This document shows, piece by piece, positions 45,892-53,673 of a stretch of DNA of 64,000 nt. Origin of the DNA: Bacteroidales bacterium (lineage in GTDB: Bacteria > Bacteroidota > Bacteroidia > Bacteroidales > JAFGXI01). The DNA lies in NCBI GenBank assembly GCA_016936665.1, contig JAFGXI010000024.1, positions 7,832 through 71,831 of the forward strand, given 5' to 3'. Position 1 is the stretch's first letter. Each line of letters begins with the position of its first letter. The translations under genes were made by a program, and so were the position numbers. A model generated the notes under the pieces. That model did not search any database. It had not been told where the DNA came from and worked only from the letters and a program-made list of their open reading frames with translations.

Positions 45892-46260
45892 TTATTTTAA
45901 AAAAATTCCTACTTTAAGTTTTAGTTCTTCTGGATTGAAAGGTTTAACTAGATAATCGTTGGCTCCGAGCTTTAACATTTTAATTCTTTCTTCGCTACTT
46001 TCTATACCGGAGAGCATTATTATTGGAATATTGCTAAAAATACCGGTTGATTTGATTTCTTGTACAAATTCTTCACCACTCATTACCGGCATTTGAATGT
46101 CGCAGATAATTAAATCTGCCATGTTTCCGTCTTGTAACCATTCTAAAGCTTGAGATCCGTCTTCGGTTGAGTGAACGTGGTTTTCTTTGCCTAATACTGT
46201 CTCTAATATTTTTCTTACAGAGATTGCATCTTCAATTACTAAAATCTTTTTCATATTCAC
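45892..46260 (-). CDS. Stand-alone response regulator receiver protein (CheY-like)
   Basis: KILVIEDA, LIICDIQMPVMSG, IPIIMLSG and DYLVKPF are canonical REC motifs. At 122 aa there is no output domain. Confidence 0.9.
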   Translation of the reverse strand: MNMKKILVIEDAISVRKILETVLGKENHVHSTEDGSQALEWLQDGNMADLIICDIQMPVMSGEEFVQEIKSTGIFSNIPIIMLSGIESSEERIKMLKLGANDYLVKPFNPEELKLKVGIFLK

Positions 46261-46415
46261 TATTTGGTTAAATTTAGGTTTATATTTATCTATTGAATTA
46301 ATAATCTTCTTTTTATAAAAATAAATTAAGATCTAATGTTTTGTTTTTCAACTATTACGCATATACGCTTATAAATGTTCTGTTTTTGGCAAAAATATAG
46401 TTAGCAGATTAGCAG

Positions 46416-48617
46416 TTAATATGTTATTACTTTGAATTCAGTACGTCTGTTTATGCGAAATTCCTCTTCGGAGCATGGCGAGTTGTTTGTACATCGATTG
46501 ATGGGGTACTTTTCTCCGTAGCCTTTGTATTTCACTCTCCCATGTGCAATGCCCTTGCTTACAATGTATTTAAAGGCTTCTAAAGCTCTTTTGTTTGATA
46601 GTTCTAGGTTGTATTTAAAGCTGGCTCTCGAATCGGTGTGAGAGCTTAGCTCTATTACGATATATGGGTTTTGATTTAGAATCTTCACGATCTTGTCTAA
46701 TTCTTTTTTCGAATCCTCATTTAAGTCCCATTGGTCGGTTTCGTAATAGATGTTTTTCAATACATAAGCTTGGTTTAAATGAATCTTGTTTAGGTGTAAA
46801 TATAAATCGTAGTACAAGGTCGTATTATTCATTTTTTCAGTGTTAAATTGGTTTGCTTGTTCGTTGAAATACCCTTCCTTTTGAACAAAAATCTGGTATT
46901 GACAGTTGGTATCGAGTGTAAAATTGAATAGCCCATTTTTATCGGTATAATGGTATTCGGAAAGTTGATATGTTTGGTTTGTTAAAATAACTTTTGCAGA
47001 GTCGAGTGCAATATTTTGTTCTTCGTCAAACACTTTGCCTTTAAGTTCTAACCATTGTTCAGGCTCAAGTTGAATAACAATTTCGTTATTTTTTATACCT
47101 TCAAAGTTCTCATGGAAGTATAGAAACTTTTTGGTGTGGTAATTAGGCTTGCTGATTATGAATTCGTAATCTTCGAGAGGATTAATTAAACTTTCTAATT
47201 CTCCATTTTGATTCGTTTTTGCTTTGTATTCTCTCAAGTTTTTTTGATAATATACATCGACAAACTCTAACTCTTTTTTGGTTTTGTTTTCTATCACTTT
47301 TATTTTTAAATGCTGATAAAAGTTTTCGTTGCTTTTGAAAAAATATATGTCGTCGCAACCTTTACCATTAGGTCTGTCTGAACTAAAAAAACCTTCATCT
47401 TCATCAATCTCCGAAATGAAAAATGAAAAATCGTCCATGCTAGAGTTAATGGGGCTTTTCAGATTTTGAGGGTACGACCAAAAGTAGCCGTTGTAGTTCG
47501 AAACATATATGTCTAAACCACCTAAGCCAACTAAACCATCCGACGAAAAATATAATTGATGATTTATTATAAACGGAAACATTTCATTTCCAGCGGTATT
47601 AATTGTTTTACCTAAGTTAACTGGTGTGCTCCAATTTTCATTAATTTTTCTGGAAATATATAGGTCTGTACCACCAAACCCGCCAGGTTTGTCGGAAACA
47701 AAAAATAGCATTTGAAGTTGCTCATCGAACCAAGCGTGACCAACTGAAAATGTTGGACGATTGTATTCGAATTCTTTTATAAATTTAAATTCACCATTGC
47801 TTTCTATTTGATATAGATATAAACCTAATACATTATCTTTTAGATTGGAATTGAATTTTTTATACGATTTCTGATTGGCAGTAACCCAACAATATTTATT
47901 TCCGTTTTCTATCCAAATAGGACCATCGTGATACGTTTTGTTGATAGCATCGCTTAGCGATATCGGATTTGCAAAATCGGCATAATCATTTTGCCCTTGT
48001 TTTTCGGAATAGTAAAGCTCGTAATAGGGTTGATCTGTCCATTTGTATTTTTTTAAACTTGTGTTTTTTAATCCGTTCGAAGAAAATACAATACCCTTGT
48101 TATATTCTACTGCTCCAAAATCTGAAAAGCTAGTATTTATATTTAGGTTCGATATCGTATATTTTTCATTGGCTTGATCTAATAAATTATATTCCAGAAT
48201 TGATCTGTATAAATTGTTTGCATAGCTGTCGTTAGGATATGTTTTTAAATACAGAGAAACATACTCGTTGGCTTCGTCAATCGATTTCAGACGAATAAGT
48301 ACATCGGCAATTTTAAGTTGAGCAGAGTAATAATTCGGCTTTTTTTTTAGTATTGCCAAATAGTTATTTTTAGCCTTATAGTATTGTTTTGTTTTAGCAT
48401 ATGCATCTGCTAGATTAAGTATATGATGAATGTTTTTTAAACTGTCGAATTTTTTGTAATGAAATAGTTTTTCGTACTTTTTAATACATAAACTGTATTC
48501 TAAATTGATGAACAGTTTTTCGGCTTTATCTAGTTTTTTTTCAGTCTGAGCATATGTATTCAGCCGGAGTGAAAAAACTAAAAATAACAGAGCTATATTT
48601 TTGAAATTCAGCATCAT
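46416..48617 (-). CDS. OmpA family protein with TPR, PD40-like and CarboxypepD_reg-like regions
   Basis: The C-terminus (IELSSHTDSRASFKYNLELSNKRALEA...INRRTEFKVI) is a canonical OmpA_C domain. The N-terminus has TPR-like helices and the middle has PD40-like repeats. Its start overlaps the PorP/SprF stop (TAATG). Confidence 0.85.
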   Translation of the reverse strand: MMLNFKNIALLFLVFSLRLNTYAQTEKKLDKAEKLFINLEYSLCIKKYEKLFHYKKFDSLKNIHHILNLADAYAKTKQYYKAKNNYLAILKKKPNYYSAQLKIADVLIRLKSIDEANEYVSLYLKTYPNDSYANNLYRSILEYNLLDQANEKYTISNLNINTSFSDFGAVEYNKGIVFSSNGLKNTSLKKYKWTDQPYYELYYSEKQGQNDYADFANPISLSDAINKTYHDGPIWIENGNKYCWVTANQKSYKKFNSNLKDNVLGLYLYQIESNGEFKFIKEFEYNRPTFSVGHAWFDEQLQMLFFVSDKPGGFGGTDLYISRKINENWSTPVNLGKTINTAGNEMFPFIINHQLYFSSDGLVGLGGLDIYVSNYNGYFWSYPQNLKSPINSSMDDFSFFISEIDEDEGFFSSDRPNGKGCDDIYFFKSNENFYQHLKIKVIENKTKKELEFVDVYYQKNLREYKAKTNQNGELESLINPLEDYEFIISKPNYHTKKFLYFHENFEGIKNNEIVIQLEPEQWLELKGKVFDEEQNIALDSAKVILTNQTYQLSEYHYTDKNGLFNFTLDTNCQYQIFVQKEGYFNEQANQFNTEKMNNTTLYYDLYLHLNKIHLNQAYVLKNIYYETDQWDLNEDSKKELDKIVKILNQNPYIVIELSSHTDSRASFKYNLELSNKRALEAFKYIVSKGIAHGRVKYKGYGEKYPINRCTNNSPCSEEEFRINRRTEFKVITY

Positions 48618-49546
48618 TAGAAAAATCTTGGTGAGTATGTCTTGTTTTTTCTACTTATCAAGTTATAACCTAAAGTAATCTCGTGAGAACCATTTTGATA
48701 TGCCGATAGTTTACCGATAGTTAAGTTGTATGCATAACCAAAATATAAGTTTTGATAATAAAACATAAGATTAAAATTGATAGCATCGTTAAAATGGTAT
48801 CCTATGCCTAGTAAATACGTTTCTTTTAATATGAAATTTGCATTTAAATCGAGTTGATTTGGAGCCCCATAGATTAGTTTGTATACGGCAATTGGTTTAA
48901 ATGCAATGGTATTATAAATAGGGAAATTGTACGACCCAATAATATAATAATGCCATTGTTTATCGTTGGTTTCAGTAGTGCTTTCGAAAGATGAGTTTTT
49001 TGGATAGGCATTCGTAAATAGTTGAGGGATATCTATACCAATGTACCATCGATGACTGTACCATAAAAAACCTATCGAAGCCGAAGGTTTTAAATAATTT
49101 TCAATACCTACATTAAATTTTGGGTCGGAAGTCTCAATATTTTCTAGTTGGGTATAATCTATATTAATAAAATTGGCGCCCAAACTTATTCCGAATGCAA
49201 GTTTTGTTTCGTCGAATTTAATATGATATGCAAATTTTCCATTGAGGCTTTGTGTTTTACTGAGTCCAATATTTTCCGAAATAAACTCTAATCCTAGTCC
49301 AAGGTTTTTGTCTTTAATAGTACTGTTGTAAATAATTACATGGTTTTTTGGGGCTCCTTCAATATTCAACCATTGTTGCCTGAATTTGTAAAATAAATGA
49401 CTCCTTTCGTTTTTTCCCACAAACCCATTATTTATTATAGACTCACTTTGTTCAATTTGAGAAAATCGATAATTATTTTGAGTATATAATTGCACACTGT
49501 AAAGCATCAAAATAAATATCAATAATATAGTATACGATTTTTTCAT
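48617..49546 (-). CDS. T9SS membrane protein of the PorP/SprF family
   Basis: About 309 aa barrel with signal peptide, RFSQ..., FRQQWLNIEGAP, LGLGLEFISENIG and a C-terminal ..SPRFF, matching the PorP/SprF pattern. It begins 4 nt after the type B cargo gene. Confidence 0.85.
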   Translation of the reverse strand: MKKSYTILLIFILMLYSVQLYTQNNYRFSQIEQSESIINNGFVGKNERSHLFYKFRQQWLNIEGAPKNHVIIYNSTIKDKNLGLGLEFISENIGLSKTQSLNGKFAYHIKFDETKLAFGISLGANFINIDYTQLENIETSDPKFNVGIENYLKPSASIGFLWYSHRWYIGIDIPQLFTNAYPKNSSFESTTETNDKQWHYYIIGSYNFPIYNTIAFKPIAVYKLIYGAPNQLDLNANFILKETYLLGIGYHFNDAINFNLMFYYQNLYFGYAYNLTIGKLSAYQNGSHEITLGYNLISRKNKTYSPRFF

Positions 49547-49550
49547 AGGT

Positions 49551-52500
49551 TTACTCTTTAACGATGATAAAACCTGTTTTATAAAAATTAATCTCGGCGA
49601 TTTCTACAATGTAATAGTAGGTTCCGTCAGGAACTCTGGATTGATTGTATATGCTTTTAGCACTAGCATTGTAATACTGTCCATTCCAATTGTTCTGATA
49701 ATCTTCAGATTCAAACACAAGATTTCCCCAACGATTAATAATCTGCACTTTAACGTTTTCATAGTTTTGTATCCCTTCAATGTGCCAATAATCGTTAAAT
49801 CCATCATTGTTAGGGCTTATTGCATTTGCAATTAAAATGTTTTCTTGTAATAAACATTTAATAATTATATAAGCCGAGTCACATTGGTAATAATCTTCAG
49901 TTTCACAAATTTTATACTTAAATATTTCAATACCAATGAAATTTTCATCTGCTTTATAATCGATGTAAGGCCAATGGTCTGTTAATGCTCCATAAATCGT
50001 ATTGGTTCTACGGGTAATTTCAAAAGCTTGGTTTTCTAGATTATAATCATTATCCAATGGATTAAATGTGATAGTTTGGTTTTGCTTCACTTCTATTGTG
50101 TCGTTTAAGGCAACTAGAGGAGAATTTTGATGCTCGGTATTTTCTATTATTACAATTAAAACATCGCATAATGAATAAAGAGCGTTATCGCAAACACTTA
50201 TAGCAAGCGTATCAAAACCGATAAAGTTTTCGTTCGAAGTGTATTTAATACAAGTGTCAGAGTTATTCACGAAGTACGCTTCCCCATTTGGTGGAAAAAT
50301 ACTAATTGTACTCGAAATTTCGTCGTTGTTTGCATCCACATAACTAAAGCAAAATTCAAGAGTAGAGTCGGTTTCTGTCGAAAAGTATAAAGTGTCAATT
50401 AAGATTCCATCATAAATAATTTCGGGACCAACATTAGTGTCGTTTACTGTGATAATTACCCAAACATTATCGCATGATGAATTCCAATAATTATCACATA
50501 CACAAATGTTTAATGTGTCACAACCAATAAATCCGTTATTTGGCTTGTAAACAAAGCAACTATCAGTATTGCTATTAGAAAATATTGTACTGTTGTTAGT
50601 GTTTGAGCAAATAAAGTAATGTATACTGTCGGAATCTTGATCGTATGCTTCAATGCAAAATTGAATTTCAACACCGAGGTCAGTAATAAAATAGATGGTG
50701 TCTACTTCTAAGCCATTATCGGTAATCACAGGGGCACTGTTTGTATCGACAATGTTTACAATGTACCAAATAGTATCGCACAAGCTCCACCAATGATTAT
50801 CGCAAACCACAATTGCAAAAGTGTCTGCTCCTAAATAATAAATTTCCCCTATATAAGAGTAACAAGAGTCTATGCCTGAAATATTATTCAAACTTCCGTT
50901 TTCTGGTGTAGAAAATATTTGATAAGAAAGCATTTCATTATCAGGGTCGAAAGCATCGATGCAAAAAAAATATTCTTCGCCGTATTGAAGTTCAAAATAA
51001 ATAGTGTCAACCTCGAGGCCATTATTGGTAATCACAGGGGCATTGTTTGTATCTGTAATATTTATAACAATCCAAAGGGTATCGCATAATGAATAAATAT
51101 TATTATCGCATAGCATTAGGCACATAGTGTCGTTGCCAATGTAATTAGTTTGAGGCTGAAAAGTAAAACAACTGTCATCGGGGTTTGTATCGAGTATACT
51201 ACCATAAGTAGGTAATAGCATCGGGTTAAATTCTATACTATCTTGCTCGTTATCAAAAAGGTTTAGGCAAATATCTTGACTTTGGTTACTATTTATTTGA
51301 ACGTAAATCGTATCGTTGTTTGCGTTTTGTTCGAATGGGGAAGTGTTATTGCTTACCACATTAATGTAAATCGATGCCGTGTCAGTAAAAGTGGGGTCAT
51401 TTATTTGCTGTATAATATATTTAATAGAATCTATTCCCAAAAAATTTAAATTTGGAATGTATTCGATTAGAGAATCATTAAGAACAGTAGCATTTCCGTT
51501 AAAAGGGGGTGTGAGAATTATATTTTTTAATCCACTTAAAATAAAATCTATATCGTTGTTTTGGTTGTGAATTATACTCGTTTCGTTTGCATTTACATAA
51601 ACCGTGTCGTTTATTGCAATTGGATTCGTAGCTACATAAAAAATTTCAGCGGCAGCTTGACTATACACCGTGTTGCTTTGAAAATTAAAAGTATCCATTA
51701 ATGCATTTAATTCAGTTTGAGAAACAATAATGTAGTGTGTTTCAAAGGTGCTCATTTCAATTGGACAAGTCCATGTGTTAGCCATATATCCACTTAATAT
51801 GGTGTCTAAATACCAATGGCTACTTTGAGGTTTGATGTATATTTTTAAATCATTTCCATTTCCGGAACCGATTAAAGTGAACGTTTGTGAGTTATTATTA
51901 TCGATATAAAAAGAAGGTCCTTCGAATATGCTAGGATTACTTGAGTTTATGTTGACATTATTTGCGTTGAATCCATCGGTTCGTATTCTACCATCGGACC
52001 CGTTCCCTCCATTATTGGCCATAGATCCATCTCCTGATGGCAAACCATAAAGACCACCATCTACTGTAATATTAGCGTTATTAATAAAACCGTGTTTTGC
52101 GCCTAAAATAACAGCTCCGCCAGCACCACCACCTCCACCAGAGCAAGTATTAAGAGGGGCATATAAATCAACACCATCTAAACCGTTCGATCCATTCGAT
52201 GAAATGCCACCTTCAATATTTACAATTCCAAATGTATAGATAGAAATTGCGCCACCACCGCCACCACCGGAGCCTCCTTTGTTAAGAGCCCAAACATTGC
52301 CGGCTCCACCTCCAGATCCTCCAAACAAAGGCGATAATTGTTGATTTCCATGTGCTCGCCCGCCATTAGAGCTGGCATTGCCTTCTCCTGTATCGCCATT
52401 GTGGGCATTTCCACCACCACCTCCTCCATAGGTAGGAGGATTAGCAACCGATTCTTCACCACCTGCGCTACCAGCTCCATAACCACCAAGTTCCGGAGTC

Positions 52501-53450
52501 TGAATGCCTACAGGACCCATTCTGCCGCTACTTCCAAAAGGATGACCAGTTCCACCTCCGGCTCCTTGGTCGCAAAACCCTATGCCTCCCTTAATTCCGT
52601 TGATACTATAATTACCCATTAATAAACTGTCGTTTTCTTCTTCCGGGATAATTAAACCTGTCGATTCTCCAGAATAATTCGGTGTGCTTGCATTAACTTT
52701 GCAACTAAAACCTCCGGAAGTAAAGCCACTACCTCCATCGCCATCTCTTGAGCCAGCTCCGCCACCACCACCTCCAGCTCCGGCATCTTTCCCGCTTGCA
52801 TTTACACTTAATATAGTGCCAGATGAGATAGAAACATTACCTAAACTAATAATATTGATAGGCAAATACGATTGATTTCCTTCAACAAAAGGGTCGCAAT
52901 CTTGAGTTGAGAAGTTATAAGTGCCAACCCCGCTTAATTGAATAGAATCTACTATTATAGCTCCTGCTCTCGATCTAATGGTGTTTGTTGAAGAACCAAT
53001 TGTTTGTGGTGAATTGAGTACAATTGCGGATTGAGGAGCAACAATGTAAAACGTATCTATGTTAGTTTGCACACTGTTTACAACAACGGAGATTGGAATT
53101 TTAAACTCATTCTCAAGTTCAGACCAATTGCTGGAATTTGGAATCAAACCTGGTTTGATAAAAAAATGCACACCAATTAATCGGCCATGCCAAGACACAT
53201 TTATAGGTGAAATTATCACTTTATTAGTGTCTAAGACAGAGGTGCAAATCACTCTGACGGAGCTATTTTCGTCGTTCAAATAAAAACCATCGTTGCCAAA
53301 TGAATGATACTGACTCTTTAAGGCAATTATTTCTACATATGTGTTGTATCCAGGTGTCCCAATATCAGGAATGATATAGCTTTTAGGTTGGCCTAATGCA
53401 TAGAGTGAAGTTAAAAATAATAAAAGGAGAAATGCAATTTTATGAGTCAT
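49551..53450 (-). CDS. Giant cell-surface protein with a T9SS type B (gliding motility-associated) C-terminal domain
   Basis: Start trimmed to MTHKIAFLLLLFLTSLYALGQ (signal peptide). It has a Gly-rich region and at least 4 tandem repeats of about 101-102 aa. The C-terminus NAISPNNDGFNDYWHIEGI...VQIINRWGNLVFES...VPDGTYYYIV matches the type B CTD (TIGR04131-like) pattern. Confidence 0.85.
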   Translation of the reverse strand: MTHKIAFLLLLFLTSLYALGQPKSYIIPDIGTPGYNTYVEIIALKSQYHSFGNDGFYLNDENSSVRVICTSVLDTNKVIISPINVSWHGRLIGVHFFIKPGLIPNSSNWSELENEFKIPISVVVNSVQTNIDTFYIVAPQSAIVLNSPQTIGSSTNTIRSRAGAIIVDSIQLSGVGTYNFSTQDCDPFVEGNQSYLPINIISLGNVSISSGTILSVNASGKDAGAGGGGGGAGSRDGDGGSGFTSGGFSCKVNASTPNYSGESTGLIIPEEENDSLLMGNYSINGIKGGIGFCDQGAGGGTGHPFGSSGRMGPVGIQTPELGGYGAGSAGGEESVANPPTYGGGGGGNAHNGDTGEGNASSNGGRAHGNQQLSPLFGGSGGGAGNVWALNKGGSGGGGGGAISIYTFGIVNIEGGISSNGSNGLDGVDLYAPLNTCSGGGGGAGGAVILGAKHGFINNANITVDGGLYGLPSGDGSMANNGGNGSDGRIRTDGFNANNVNINSSNPSIFEGPSFYIDNNNSQTFTLIGSGNGNDLKIYIKPQSSHWYLDTILSGYMANTWTCPIEMSTFETHYIIVSQTELNALMDTFNFQSNTVYSQAAAEIFYVATNPIAINDTVYVNANETSIIHNQNNDIDFILSGLKNIILTPPFNGNATVLNDSLIEYIPNLNFLGIDSIKYIIQQINDPTFTDTASIYINVVSNNTSPFEQNANNDTIYVQINSNQSQDICLNLFDNEQDSIEFNPMLLPTYGSILDTNPDDSCFTFQPQTNYIGNDTMCLMLCDNNIYSLCDTLWIVINITDTNNAPVITNNGLEVDTIYFELQYGEEYFFCIDAFDPDNEMLSYQIFSTPENGSLNNISGIDSCYSYIGEIYYLGADTFAIVVCDNHWWSLCDTIWYIVNIVDTNSAPVITDNGLEVDTIYFITDLGVEIQFCIEAYDQDSDSIHYFICSNTNNSTIFSNSNTDSCFVYKPNNGFIGCDTLNICVCDNYWNSSCDNVWVIITVNDTNVGPEIIYDGILIDTLYFSTETDSTLEFCFSYVDANNDEISSTISIFPPNGEAYFVNNSDTCIKYTSNENFIGFDTLAISVCDNALYSLCDVLIVIIENTEHQNSPLVALNDTIEVKQNQTITFNPLDNDYNLENQAFEITRRTNTIYGALTDHWPYIDYKADENFIGIEIFKYKICETEDYYQCDSAYIIIKCLLQENILIANAISPNNDGFNDYWHIEGIQNYENVKVQIINRWGNLVFESEDYQNNWNGQYYNASAKSIYNQSRVPDGTYYYIVEIAEINFYKTGFIIVKE
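50139..51353 (-). repeat. Four tandem coding repeats of about 303-306 nt (101-102 aa) in the adhesin gene
   Basis: Unit starts at 51353 (SNNTSPF), 51050 (TNNAPVITNNGLEVDTIYF), 50744 (TNSAPVITDNGLEVDTIYF) and 50438 (TNVGPEIIYDGILIDTLYF). Each unit ends ..CDN..(Y/W)S(L/S)CD..W.(V/I)..(I/V).D. More diverged units flank on both sides. Confidence 0.8.
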
Positions 53451-53673
53451 TGTCGTCGTTATTTTTGCGCTTTTCCTATTACGACAGATTATAGACCTCG
53501 GTTTCAAAAAAAAATGAAATCGCTTTTTTGTTCAAACATAAAGGAATAAAGATGCTCGATAATTTGAGCTTTTGATAGGTTTTCTTTACTTTCGTAAGTT
53601 TTTATAAAAGATAAATTATAGTTATAAAAGCATCTAATTATTAGAGCTTTAAACTTTATTAAATGGAATAATC

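Noticed and set aside
50139-51353. Regularly spaced repeats of about 300 nt could be mistaken for a CRISPR-like or satellite array
   Set aside because: The period is far too long. There is no short-repeat and unique-spacer structure, and the units are in frame and encode a conserved protein domain.
52220-52875. ORFs 52220..52489(-), 52338..52622(+) and 52684..52875(+) inside the adhesin gene
   Set aside because: GGN-rich codon runs suppress stop codons in other frames. All three lie within the continuous 1299-codon frame that carries a signal peptide and a T9SS CTD.
32443-53450. The EPS locus plus adhesin operon could be a horizontally acquired genomic island or mobile element
   Set aside because: No integrase, transposase, flanking tRNA or direct repeats are visible at the borders. 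The flanking genes are ordinary housekeeping genes. A composition shift cannot be judged reliably by eye.
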